DNA from: the human T2T-CHM13v2.0 reference genome, Homo sapiens
Assembly: GCF_009914755.1 (NCBI RefSeq)
Contig: NC_060926.1
Direction: 5' to 3' (one strand)
Length of the DNA stretch: 64,000 nt
The position numbers and the translations under genes were made by a program. This document shows, one piece after another, positions 46,371 to 59,500 of the stretch. How positions within the stretch are numbered: position 1 is the stretch's first letter; the number at the start of each line of letters is the position of its first letter. The notes under the pieces were generated by a model. It worked only from the letters and a program-made list of their open reading frames with translations, searched no databases and had not been told where the DNA came from.

Positions 46371-48164
46371 TGCTGCTCTGAGGGGCCCCCTGACCCCTTT
46401 TACATAAGAGATGGGGGATGGCCCCCAACAGTAGTGCCCCTTCCAACAGCCCTGCCACAGGTGCTCTTCAGGCCCATCCTGTGTAGGAGTTGAGTCCTCC
46501 CCATAAAGTGAAGGAGGGTAGCCAGCCTCCAGCTGGTCCACACCCATCTGCTTGACTCTGCTGGAGCAGGGAAGGTCTCTGTGGCCTCCCTGGTGGCCCC
46601 TGAGATGTTTCCTTTCTGGCCACTGTGGGGCTTTCCCCTGCCTGCTCAGCCCCAGGAAGCCTCACTGCTTAGCCTGTGACTTGTTGCTGTGTCCACCCCT
46701 GCTCTGGCCCTTCTGTCACCTTACTGTCTCCACTTTATAGATCCTGAGCCAGAACTCTAGGCCCTGTTTAGACCAAGGCACCATTGCAAACAGAGGGTCT
46801 GCAGACAGAGGGCACAGACACCCCGTGGTGCAGAAGGAATCTCAGACATGCTGGTGGGCTCGATCTTGGTACTGATCTGATTTAGGTGGGTTGAGGAGTC
46901 CCCTTTGTAGGCTGTGTTTCCCCAGAACCTGACTATCTCCTCCTGGCTGTGGTCCTTGGATATTAGTCCTTGGCAGACTCAGGTGAGTTTGGCCATTGGC
47001 TCTGGGGACCCCTGGGGGAGCCCTGTGGCTCTGGGAGGCAGAGAGTTCCTCATATTCCTATGCTCAGGCTCCTCCAGGGAGCCGTGGCTTCCAGCCGGGC
47101 AGCAGCGGGTTGGAGGCCACCCAGTTCCCTGGACAAGCAGCAAGATCCCTTACACAGCTAGCCCAAGATGGAGTGCGTGGCCACAGACCGTGTGGCTGCC
47201 AGCCCCAGCCTGGGAGTTGCGGTGGCATGAGCTATCAAGGCAGGAATGTGACTGTGGGAAACCCAATGCCCTGGGCCTGGCCCTGGGGCTGGGCAAGAGT
47301 GTGTGTGTGTGTGTGTGAATGGGGGTGAAGGGTGGGTGGGCAGAAACCAGGGCATCAGCCTCTCCTGCAGCTTGGCTCTGCACGGGGCTCAGAGTGGGAG
47401 CAGAGGCAAAGCGGCCCTCCCTGTCCTGGCCTTGTCCACCTGGCCAAGCCTTTCCTCTAGGCTCCAGTGTGCTGCTGCCGCTCTCCCAGTTCCAGCACCC
47501 TCCTTCCCCTCCTCCAGGAAGCCTTCCTGAAGGGGCTTCCAAAGGCCTACCCCATTCCATCCCACCCCACAGATGGCCTCATCCTGGGGTGTAAGTGAGT
47601 CCACATTAATCCCTTTTTCCATAGTAACATCAGACCCGACTCTGAGCTTCCTGAAGGTAGGAGGTGCTGTCTGATGCACCTTGCCTGTCCTTTGCCCTGG
47701 GACCTTAGGCCTGGGTGCTGCACATGTGGCTTAGGGCGAGGGAATTCTGGTGATTGACTGCATGTGATAAATCTTCATTGGACGCCCACTACATGCTCGA
47801 TGTTGGACTGGGTGCAGGGGATAAAGGAGTGTGTATGTCTTGCCTGCATACATGGAGGGTAGATGCAGGGGAGAAGCTGGGAGAGGCTGGGTAGGGGCTG
47901 CTGCTGAAGGCTGGGCAGCCAAGGAGGTGCCCATACCTCAGAGATGATGCAGCTAAGGAAGAGCCTGAGTTAGCTCATTTGAGAAGACATTCCAAATGGA
48001 GAGGACGACATCCCTGCATAAAGGCCCTGTGGCAGAGGAAAGGTTATGAATTCAAGAAATTTACAGAAGGCCAGAGGAGAGGAGTGTTATTTAACAAGAG
48101 CCTAGAGAGATGAAAGAGTTAAACCAGGTACCTGCCAAGGACCGTGGGGTATCATTTCATTCAG

Positions 48165-48385
48165 TTTTCACTACTAGTTCTCTACAGGGCACAGTTTCCC
48201 CGAACCTGGCCACAGGGGACATTGGGCAATGTCTGGAGACATTTCTAGTGATCGTAACTCAGTGGAGATGCTACTGGTATCTAACAGGTAGAGGCCAGGG
48301 ACGCTGCTAAACATCCTACGACGCACAGGACAGCCTCATAGCAAAGAATATTCCAGGCCCAATTGCCAAGGTTGAAGAGCCGTGC
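48165..48385. mobile_element. MER20-like element
   Basis: caggggacattgggcaatgtctggagacattt...gtagaggccagggacgctgctaaacatcctac. Confidence 0.8.
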
Positions 48386-50659
48386 ATTTTCCACAGTAGC
48401 CCTGTGTGGGTGCTTGTGAGGCTATGCGTGTTAGAATGCAATTTTCAACAGGTCGGGCAGGGATGGCCTCTCTGGGCAGGTGCCACTGGCCCCGTGAGCA
48501 GCAGTAGCCATTTCACAACTTGAATGGGCAATGCCTGGCACAGAGTAGGTGTTTCGTAAATGGGTGGCACATCAGAGGAGAGACTGACGGGAGGGAGATG
48601 CTTCCCCAAAGTTCCCAGATTGGGTTTTCAAGAGGCCTTGTTACTTGCTTTGAGAGAAATTCCCCAAGCTTGAGCCACGCTGATGTCCACACCTGAAAAC
48701 CAGAATGTACTTCAAAATCAAGAAGGCATGACATTGGCGGATCCCCACCGGGCCGGCCTGTGTCATCTGCCCTCCTCAAGGCCGACACAGTTGTCTTTCC
48801 CTGAGGCAGGTGCCCATTGTTCGTGAGTTCACTCACTTGTTCACCAATGATGTGTTGAGCACCTGCTGCCTGTGAGGTGCTCTGCTGGGTGATGGGTGCA
48901 CGCTGGGCACCTGGCTGGGCTCTCAGTGGGACAAGCAGATGGGTGCTCGCAATGTAAAGTGGTGAGTGCAGTGGCTGGGGAAATTCAGGGCGAAGTGGGA
49001 GTGCCCAGGAGGGGTACCTAACACATCCTTGCAGGGTGACCTTGATGATAAGACTGCACAGAAACGTCAGGGGACACATGGGGCAAGGGCCTGGGGGCAA
49101 GAAAGGAGACCTCAGAGTGTTGCAGCTGGTGTGAGCAGGTAGGGGGTGTAGGGGTTTGGGGGTCTGTGGGTTTGGTAGTGTCCTGACTGCCAGAGACTCA
49201 ATTTAGAGGCCACAGCAGGCCAGGAGGGAGGGGTGGCCTTCCCTCTGCTCCCAGGGTCTAATGGGGATGTATGGAGAGCCCAGTCTCCCCTGGGAGGGCC
49301 AGTGGACCAGAGGATATAAGGATGTTGGCCAGGCGTGTGGGTGGAAGTTTGCCCGGATTGTGAATCAGGGTGGTACAAAGAGGGACTGAGCTTAGTGGCT
49401 TCCCTCAGCCTGGCTCTGGGGGGTGTGTCTCCCCTGGTGCCCCAGTAATACTTCTTCCTAAAAATCCCCATCTGTCTCCCTGAGGTAGAGGGAGAAGGTC
49501 AGCACTTGGGTGGCAGATGGGGTGAGGGTGGGCAGCAGGCCCCTGGACCAGGTGTGGTGTGGCTGGGCCCCTCCTCTGGAGCCAGGTCAGGTTTTGGAAC
49601 CCAGGCAGTATGAGGGGCATTCTCAGTGGGAGCGTTGGTTCCTCCCCCTGCAGGACAGTCACTTGCAGGGCCAGGGACTCAGTGAGGTCCACATGGAAAT
49701 CCCAAGGAGGGAGATGCTGCTTCTGATTGCAGGCAGGAGGCCCTGCCCTTGGACAGAGACCCAGAACGTGCTGCCAGAACCTCAGACAGAGGCCTTGGGA
49801 GTGGTGCTGACAGGGGCCCAGTGAGGGGGGCCATCTAGAGGAGGTGCCTGGTGAGTGGGGATGAGCACTGGCAGCCATCCGCGAGCAGGGAGGTCCCTGC
49901 AGGCGCTGGGAGGGAGAGAGGAAGGATGGGGCCCTGGAGCCGGAGGCGCCTCCCTCCCTATGCTCACCCTAGCCCCCTACCTGCGGGTGGGGCACATGTG
50001 TGTGGCCGGACTGAGGTAGACGGACCACAGAGTCCATCCCACCTGCCTGCAGCTGAGTCCACCCCCTATCCTCCCTACTCCCACTGCTCCCACCCCTTAC
50101 CGGTGCCCCAGCAGCTAGAGGTGCTGAGATGCAGGCATCACGCACTGTTGCACCTGCGGGCTGGCCAAGCCCTATTTCCAGCGTCCTAACCAGCTTTCCT
50201 TAGTGTCCCTGCCTCCCAAGTCTAAGAGGCCTGCTGGGCCTCCAGGTTTGCTTTGCGTTTGGTGTTGCACACCCTGCAGCCAGGGGGGTGTTCTGTGGTC
50301 ATTCAGGGCTGGGCTTGGTGCTCCCTCCAGTGGGTTGCCAGCGCTGCAGGGCCAGGCCAAACGCCTCTCCTGGCAGGGGCCCAGGGCTTCCATACCTGTT
50401 CACGAGGGAGGATTTCAGGCCTTTGGGTCCGTGAGAGAGAGCGAGAGAGGGGGAAAGAAACTCCATGTACAAACCACCACTGCCTGGAGGCACTGGGAGA
50501 GGCTCTTGCTGGTTTGCTTGATTCTTACTGAAATGTCCACTTTTACACCTTGGAATCATTTTCAACAAATATGAGTGATGTGAACACCACTCCCAGCACA
50601 TGACAAACTTTATAGTTTATGACACGCCCCCTCCCCAAGCCCTGTGCCTTCCCTCGTAA

Positions 50660-50900
50660 GGTCATTGATAGCTAACATTTCTTGAGCATTTACTGTGAAC
50701 CAGGAAGTGTGCTAAGAACTACATCTTCTGTATCTTCTTTAATAATCAAAGCAACTCTCTAAAATAGATACTGTATAATTATCCCAAATTTATAAAGTGA
50801 TTGATTCAGAGAAGTTAAGCCACTTGCCCAAAGTCACACAGCCAGTAGTAAACAGCAGGGCCAGAACTGGAGCCCGAGGAATCTGGTTTCAGAGCCCATG
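50660..50900 (-). mobile_element. MIR (approximate)
   Basis: atagctaacatttcttgagcatttactgtg...cagagaagttaagccacttgcccaaagtcacacagc. Confidence 0.75.
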
Positions 50901-52703
50901 TTGAAGTTGTGGCCAAAGGAAGAGGAGAGTCCAGGCATCTCCCTGTCAGAAATGAGGATGTCCTGTGGTGGAAGTCAGAGCCCACCCAGGGATAGCAGGA
51001 CCTTGGAGAGTCCCCTGGGAGAATAGAGGGACTCAGCCTTTCCCAAGTGTGTGTTTTGCAGGCCCTTTGCAGCAAGGGAGCAGAGGAAGACCCAGCCTAC
51101 CTTAGGATGCAATTCCTTTTTGACCCAGAGTGACCAGGGCAGGCTTTGCTTAGGTGTCCTAAGATGATCTGAAGACGGGGAGGCCTGGGATGGTTGACGG
51201 CACCTCTGGCTGTGGAACAGCATAAGCTTGCTATGGGAGTGAGTGTGTCTGGGACAGCTTTAAGGAGCGTGGTTTGCCTGAAGCCAAGGGCCGGGTTTGG
51301 GGGAAGAAAGCCTTGGTGTCGGATGGGGAAAGATAGGGCGGGTCACTGGGGGTCTGAATGGGAGAAGGCTGGACTGGACCTTTCAGGCCACCGAAGGATT
51401 CAGGCCGAGGAGCTGCATAGTGACCGAGGGTGATGAAGCTGGTTTTGGCTTGGGGATGGCTGGCCAGAGGTGGGAGAACAGGTGTCTAGGGAGGCTTCTT
51501 GGACAAGGGGCTCTGGGACTGAGTCTTGAGGGTGGGCATGGTTTGGAGAGCAGGGGCACAGTAGTGGCAGTGGTGTCTTGTGTTGGAGGCACTGGGGGGC
51601 TTTGTAGCTTCAGAGCCTGGGGAGAGGTTGAAATTCTTGGGAAATGGTTCCAGGGTGAAGGTCAGGGTGGCCCAGCAGAAGAATCCTGGGAACTGGCCAC
51701 TCTGGGTGGGATGAATGGGCCGTCTGAGGAAGAGGCCAGGGTTTTCTTTCAAGGGTGTGTACACGTTTGTGAGATGTGGGACTGAACAAGGAAGTGGAGT
51801 AGAGACCGTTTTATTACTTAACCCCACCCCTCTGAAATGGAGCAGGCGACAGTTTGGGTAGTGGGCAGGAGGGAGAGGAGAGAGGCACATGGAGAAATTT
51901 GAGTGAGTGCAGAGGGAGCAGACAGCACGGGGTGTCTAGTAACGGCCACCGACTCTCCCCAGTCCCTCTGTAGGCTGTGGCTTGGGCTTCTGGCCCTGGG
52001 CTGAGGAAGTGCATCGGAGAGCTGGGTGTCTGGCCCAGGGAAGTGGTCCAGTCTTGGTGCTCCCCAAAGTGGTTTGTGGCTCAGTGGTTGGAGCCCAGTG
52101 CTAATGAGGGCGAGGTGGCAGGGCTGACCATCTAGCTTTATACACAGTAAACAGACAGCTTGGCTTCCGAGCCTGACTGTCCACCCACTCCTGTCCCCAC
52201 CTCTGTCCTCAGCCTGAGCCTTGCTCACCCTCAGCAGAGTGGGAACTGGTGAGAGATGGTGGGTGTGTGGTGCAGCTTCCTCCAGAGCTTGGGACCCAGC
52301 TCGATGTTAGCAGGGGGTGGCAGAGATGGGGACCCAGAGATGCTAGCCTGGAACCTCCACATTTCGATTCCACTGGACTTGTCCCTAGTGGGCAGATCCC
52401 CATTTGATTCTCCCCTGGAGAGCCCCTTCGGGTCATTCCTTCTAATCTCTTTGCCTGGAACAACTAAAAATTCCGTTCTGACTCATCTGGTCTTCACTAG
52501 AGAGGGAGAAGAATTTCCTACAGTCCTTTGGTGCTTTGACATTGGAGTCTGGTGATTTTTTAGGAGAGGTTGAGCTCCCCAGAATGAAATTAGAGGCTGA
52601 GAGTTCAGCTTTCGGCAGCGGAGAGATCTCCTGGCCCTGGGGATCTAACTCTCTGGGCTAGTCTCCCTGCCACCCCCAGGCCTGGGGGCAGAATCTGCCA
52701 TAA

Positions 52704-52820
<117 letters not shown>

Positions 52821-52952
52821 TGAGGCTTCGAGGCCTCTATGGGGTGATAAGGGTGTGTCACCTTATGCTTCTGTTTGGATGGAGTTATACGATCAGATGT
52901 GTATGTGGGGCTCTGGGGAGCTGAGTCTCTGTGCTTTTTGGTGGGTCAGTGC

Positions 52953-52993
52953 TGTGTGTATGTGTGTGTGTGTGCGCGCGTGCGTGCACGTGT
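52953..52993 (+). repeat. 41-bp perfect purine-pyrimidine alternation, (TG)n(CG)n
   Basis: tgtgtgtatgtgtgtgtgtgtgcgcgcgtgcgtgcacgtgt. Confidence 0.95.
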
Positions 52994-53339
52994 CCGTGCC
53001 TATCTGTGTGGTGTGTCCACCCACTCAAATCTGAGATCAGGCATTTAAGGCCCTGCGCTCTGTGGCTGTCCCATTGTCTATTTGGCCTCCCCTCCTCCCC
53101 TCTTCCTCTATCTCTTCTCCCCAGCCCTAGGCTGGCCCAAGGACATGTTAATTAGTCAGGTGTCCGCTTTCAAGCTGTGGTCTGTTCTCCTGACCTCGCA
53201 CAGTGGCCTGTGTGGTTTCCCTCATTCAGCCCCTCTGTCTGCTGCCCTTTCTAGGGACAGACTCCACCTCCCCCCGAGCCCCAGCTCTTAACCACTCCAG
53301 CCACTCACTCTGGCACCTCTGTTTTTTCCCTTGGTGAAG

Positions 53340-53417
53340 ATGGGAACCGCTACCATCTACGCTGCTACATGTACCAGGCCCGGGACCTGGCTGCGATGGA
53401 CAAGGACTCTTTTTCTG
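53340..53417 (+). CDS. DYSF: Dysferlin exon 32 (78 nt, phase 1-1), start of next C2 domain: [26 protein letters not shown]
   Basis: Weak ggtgaag acceptor, CTG|gtaggt donor, and a branch-like ctcAc with A at 53307 (-33). Confidence 0.96.
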
Positions 53418-53779
53418 GTAGGTGGGAGAGAGGCAGGAGAGTCAGAGACTGTGGGCTGAGATCTGGGAATGGAGACATCTGGCTTTCGGGCAACAAGGGG
53501 TGCTGTTTGCTGGGTGCATGGAGATGGGTGCTGTCACCAGGGTCCTGTGGCTTCTTGGTCGTCAGGTGCAGCAAACTCTTGTCCATGGCCTGCTGGTCTT
53601 CTTGGTAGGATCAGGCTTCGCTGACTGTCCCCTCTTTCCTGAAAGCCCCTTGGCCTTGGCTCTAGCCGCCAGTCTCTGGAGGGTCCCTGCAGCCTCCTCC
53701 CTGACCTGCTCCTCCTTGATGCTTCATTGCCCTATAAGCCTGATGCTCCAAGAAGTCTTGTCTGTGTCCTCTCTCTGGG

Positions 53780-54800
53780 CACCGGGGTCCCCCAACTTCT
53801 CCACCTTCACTCACCTCAGTTCATCCTGTGCAAACCTCCATGTGACCTTGCTCCCCAGCTCCCCCCACCCAGATCCAGGCTGCCTCTGCATTTCCTGCCA
53901 TGGCCCTGGGGTTGGCAGCCATCTGTTACCCAGGCTGGAAATTCTCAGTCACCCAGTCCTGAGGATTCTACCTCCTGAATCCCTCTCAGATCTGTTCCCT
54001 CCTCTTTAATGTCACACTGCCATCTGACACTGGCCTTGCCCCTTTGTATCTAGGTCATTCTGGTTATCTTCTGATCTCCCTGGCACCTTCCACACTGCCC
54101 CAGACACACCTGGTCACATCCCTCCCCTGATTTCAAGTATAGACACTGACAGATAACCTCCAACTCAGCACAGCAGACAAGTCCCTTGTGATGTAACCCT
54201 GTGGTCCTCACCTGGTTCACCTTTTGCTCATTGCCCTCTATCCAGTAGCTCCAGCCCCACCAACTCTGTCCACGTTGCCCATGTCTGGCCTTTGCACTCA
54301 GTGCGCTCTCTGTCTAGAACACATTTGCTCCCTATTTCTAACCAGCAAACTCCTAGTTATCCTTCAAGACCCAGCCCAGATGCCCTCTGACTTCCCCAAG
54401 CCAAGCTGTTTGCTCCTTCCCTCAGCACTTGGCCAGTGCCTTACCAGCACCTCCCTCAGAGGCCTTCCCCTCTGCACAGATCAACAGTGGTCTATCTCTG
54501 CCATCTCCTTCCTGCTCTGACCATGAGCTCCCCCAGGAAATGGTCTCGTCTTACTTTGAACCTGCAGCACTTGATGGCTAAAGAACAAACACTTGCTGAG
54601 TGCTCACTATGTGCCCAGGCGTTTTGCTGACACTATTTCATGTAACCCTTACAATTGCCCTGTGAAGTAGGTGGTCAACATCCCCATTTTATAGGTGAAG
54701 AGACAGATACTCGGATAGGTTAACTAAATGCTTGCATTAAAATAGCTACCAAGTGACAGAGCTTGGAAGGGAACCCAAGGCTATCACTGTCTGAGTGCCT
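53780..54800. mobile_element. L2 fragment(s) followed by a MIR (approximate)
   Basis: ggcctttgcactcagtg...tatccttcaagacccagc (L2-like); atccccattttataggtgaagagac (MIR-like). Confidence 0.55.
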
Positions 54801-56254
54801 GCTGTTTGGTTGAGTAGAACTGAGTTCCATGGGAGTGACTTCCTGGTCACAGCAGGGCTCTGCAGCTGATGGCCATCTGCCGGCTTCCTTGCTGGTCCAC
54901 TCTCCTCCGCGATGTGGGGTCCAGTCTGTGTCCTTCTCTCCAGCAGCTGTGGCCCTCAGTGGCCCATCCTCCAGCTCTGTGCAGCCAGGTGCGGGGTGGA
55001 TGAGGAAGTTCTACCCCGTTTTGCTTTGGGGCCAGGGTCCTGAGAGCTCCCTCTGCAAGTGTATATAGCAGCAACCCGCCAGAATTTACAGGCCCAGGCC
55101 AGACAGGCATCTGCAGTGGCTAACTTGTCCTGGGAAACTTGTCCAGGAGTCTGACGATTAGAACTTACTCTGAGAAAAAGGACATGGACGAGTTTATAGC
55201 CTTGCTTCCTCTCCCTTCCCGGAAGGGCGTGAGAGGTGAGGGTGCCGGGAGCGGGTTTGTGAGAGGGGGATGGCCAGGGGGGGCCCAGGCAGAAGCCCCC
55301 TTGTCCTCTGTGGGCCCTGCGGGCCGAGCACCCTGCAGAGAGGGGAGGGAACTCCTCCAAGGGCCCAGCACTGGGAGCCTATGCTCCCCTCTGGAGACGG
55401 CATTGGTAGGGCAGTGGCACTGGTCTGCGGAGACGTCACACTTTCCATCCTGGCCCCACCCCCTCCCCCAAATAAACATCCCTTGAGCTTTGAGGGCACT
55501 GCCCAGGGCTTCCTCAGAGGCCACTGGCTTCTGAATGAAAGGCCCGATTGAGCAGCTGCTGGAAAGGAAAACAGCAGCCAACATGGGTGAACCTATAAAA
55601 CCCAGAGTGTTTATTTTCACTCCCAAACCCTAAACCAAAGCAATTTCTCCCCTGGAACTGACCCTGGGGCGGCTGGCGGCCGGAGGCTGTGCATGGCCAC
55701 CGGCTGGCATTTCTCTGAGGAAACTCATGTGTGAATCCGGAATGTCTGGGGCCAGGGGAGGGCCTGGCACAGTGTCTGTCACTGGTGCAGCTTCCAGCTG
55801 CCTGCCGGGTGTCTGGGGCAGAGAGGGCCCTCCTTGAACCACTCTCCCAGTGCCTCTGACCTGTGGCTCTCTGGGCCTTTCCCCGGGGGCTCCTACAGCC
55901 CTCTGCTGTGCTCTTTGCTTCTCTCTATATGGTGGGTCTCGGGGCTGCCCGGACATTGGGGCCATGGCTGCTCCTTCTCCCTGGTCGAATATTTGAGGAG
56001 ATAGGCAGGGGTTGCCCAGAAAACACTTGTTGAATAATATTGAACTTGGGAGAGGGAGGCTGTCCTAGAGATATTGCCATCCAGACGGCCTGAGGGTTGC
56101 ACCTTAGGTGGGGTTTGAGTGTATGGCTGGGATATCAATTCTCTGGACCAGTGGAAGGGCATCTGTGGTATGTGCTTGTGTGTTTATTAATGTGTGTGCC
56201 CTGTGCAGCAATTAGTCATAAAAAACATAAAGTGATACTTAATTCAGTGACTTC

Positions 56255-56559
<305 letters not shown>

Positions 56560-59500
56560 AGTTCAATGACTTCTTTTTGTTGTTGGGGTGGGGTTCCCAC
56601 TGCTTTGTGAACATCTGTTGTATGTACTGGGTTTGCTTTGAAATGAAAGGCTATGACTTGAGAGGACTTAGAACACGTCACCAACACCACACCTAGCTCC
56701 GTCCTGCCCACCCCTTTGGTGTGGAGTGGGTAGCATTGCTTCCCTGAACGGTAGCCTGAGCTGAGTTACTCTTCATTGTAGATTGGTGTTTCTCACAGGG
56801 AACCAGGGAAGAAGGTGTCAATTTGGCCCCCTCTGCCAGCTAAGAACTGCTGTTGTGGTTGGAGGGATCATAAGCTCTGCTTGTAGAGCTGCCCGCCCAG
56901 ATGGAGGACCCTCAGGCAGCTCTATCATGAGGTCACCACGTTCCATTCCAAGGGATGACCCTCAGCTTAGGAGGGGCCCAGAAATCCCTCTTTGAGGCCC
57001 TCCCAGGTCACTGGGCTCAGGCGGTCCAACTTGGCTAACTGAGCCAATGAGAGATGGCTGATAGACCAGATGCCACGTCATTTATTAATTTACAGGGGTG
57101 AGTACCTCTCAAGAAAGTAGAAGGTCCTGTGCCCTCTTTGCTGGCCTTACAGCTCCAGGTAAGGTCACAGTGGTGGGCCAGGTAGGTGATCCTATGGGAT
57201 GGTCCTGCCAGACCAGGCTGCAGTGAGGTTTGATGAGCCGGAGCTGCCCACAGCTGGGGCCACGTCTTGATGACCGGTGCCTTAGTTTCCCTCAGATTCA
57301 GACTCAGTCCTGGGTGGTGCTGGGGATTTCTTGCTTTTGGGTTTCCCAAGTCTGAACTCCAGTCTTCCTTCCCAACCCCTTTTTAAGCACAGCTTTTTGT
57401 TAAGGTTGGCTCTGGCTGGGGCAATCCACCAGACGAGCTTAAGGAGGTGTTTTCCAAAGTGCATTGGAGGCTTGTGAAATGCTCCACTTAAAAAGGGTTC
57501 CTGAGTAAGAGAGACTGGGAAACACTGCACGCTTCGAGATTTACAATGCACAGTGGCATATGAGAGGCTCTGAGGCGGCTGCAGGGAGGGAGCCTGTTTA
57601 ATCTGTTTAAGCACTCATTAGCTCCCCAGAAAACCCACCACTCAAAGAACACATTTTGGGAAACACTGATCTACAGGATTCCGTCCAAATTGCTCAGCAG
57701 GAATCCAGGACCATTTGTGATCTGCCCCTCCTCCCCTCCTGCCTCCACTGTCCCCACTGCCCTGGTGCTCCCTTCATCCCCTCAGCCAGACCAATGGCTT
57801 GCTGATCCCCAAGTGCCTAAAGTCTTTGGTGTGTTTACCCTTGCCGTGCTTGCGCCTGGAATGCCCCCTTTTCCTTGGTCTGCACGGCCTACCTCCTCAT
57901 CCTTGAGGCCTGCTTTGGGAAGCCTGACTTGGTGCCAGCAGGCGACATCAGGTGCTCCTCACCCCTGCCCCTGTATACTCCACTATTAAGTAGCACATCA
58001 CCTTGTATTATACCTGTTTAGGTTACAATTTCCAACCAGTAGTCACACTCTTAAGAGCCTGGATTATGTCTCATTCATCTTCCTATTCCTAGCACTGTGC
58101 TAACCTCCCACAGGATAGCCAATCAATAATTGTATAGTGAATGATGCATACAAATAACGCAAGAGTGAACGTCTTTGTACATACATCTAGCTTTTTGGTG
58201 AATCTGGATGACTCCCAGGAATATGGGAAAAGGGTATAAATGGTTTTATGTTTTTCAGGGCATAGTGCCCAATTGCTTTTCTGAAGGGTTGCTGAATTGC
58301 TTCCAGCAATAAAGGAGAGTACCTATTTCATCAACTCTTTGCCCATACTGGCTTTTTATAATTTTGAACAATTTTTCTTAATTTTATAGGAAAAATATTG
58401 CTGGAGTCTAGTTTTAATTTGCGTTGCCTTGATTATTGGCAGGCGATCCCACCCTCTCTGAAGGGCCCTTTCCTATGAGGTGGCATGGTGGAAGGAGCAC
58501 TGGACTAGGAGTCAGGGGGTCTAGTACATACGATCATGGCCGAGCGACTTGGTCTTCCTGGGGAAAGCTCCCTTTTAGGAAAACTGGGGTGATACTTCCC
58601 ACTCTGTCCCCGACCCTGGTGGTCTGAGTGGTTGGTGGGAAGGCCGAGGAGGAAAGCTTAGTGTATTGTGAACGCAGAAGGTCCTCCCCGGAGCTCCAGG
58701 AAGGTTGGAGCAGCAGGGCTCAGCCCGAACAGCCTGGTGCAGGGCTCTGGATCCAGCTAAGGAATCGTCTGCCTGAGGCCTGGTGATAGGTCCCTGACTC
58801 CCTTGTGGTGATGCAGTGAGGTAGAATCCTTGTGTGCTCATGGCTGGATCCTCCCTGGGGCAGCCGTGGTCCTCAGAGCTGCAATCCAAAGTGCTTGCCT
58901 CAGCTAGGGCACGATGTGCGCTGCATATGGCTTGTGGGTGTGGCCCTGGGGAGAGCCCTATGCTGTGATGCACACGCAAAACCCAGCCCCTCACCTTCCC
59001 CTCCACCGCTTTTTGGGAATCTGCCTCTCCCTCCTCTTAGCTTTCCTGGAAGAGGGATTTGTCTGTGAGTGTGTCTGGCTGTCCTTCATCTGACCACCTT
59101 GCTCTAGCAACACCCCTACTCCCCTTTTTCCTTTTTTTTTTTTTTTTTGAGGAGTGGGGTCCCGTGCAGGGAGAGGCCAGGCCCCTGCACACAGTAGCCC
59201 AGTGTCTGAGGCCCCAGGCCTCCAGGCCTGCTCTTTACAATGCCTTTGTTGTGTGTTTTTTCCTCCCATGGGCGGGTGGGGCACGTGTGTAGGTCTGGGT
59301 GATTTTTGTTTGAAAGCCACCCCCTCCCCGTTCTCCCCCCAGCGCTGAGCTCATTGCCTGGGCTGATGGGGCTGCTGGAAGGAGTCAGCCTGCTCGGGGG
59401 CCAGCGTGGGGGGTGCTGCCAACACCAATACAGCGTGCACAGCCGCTACAATGTGCAATTGTGATCTTTGTGTAAACGCGGTCGGTCTGGGGCCCGCATG

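Noticed and set aside
57150-57170. Strong donor-like CAG|GTAAGG
   Set aside because: The upstream AGs with pyrimidine tracts are too close or too weak to define a plausible exon.
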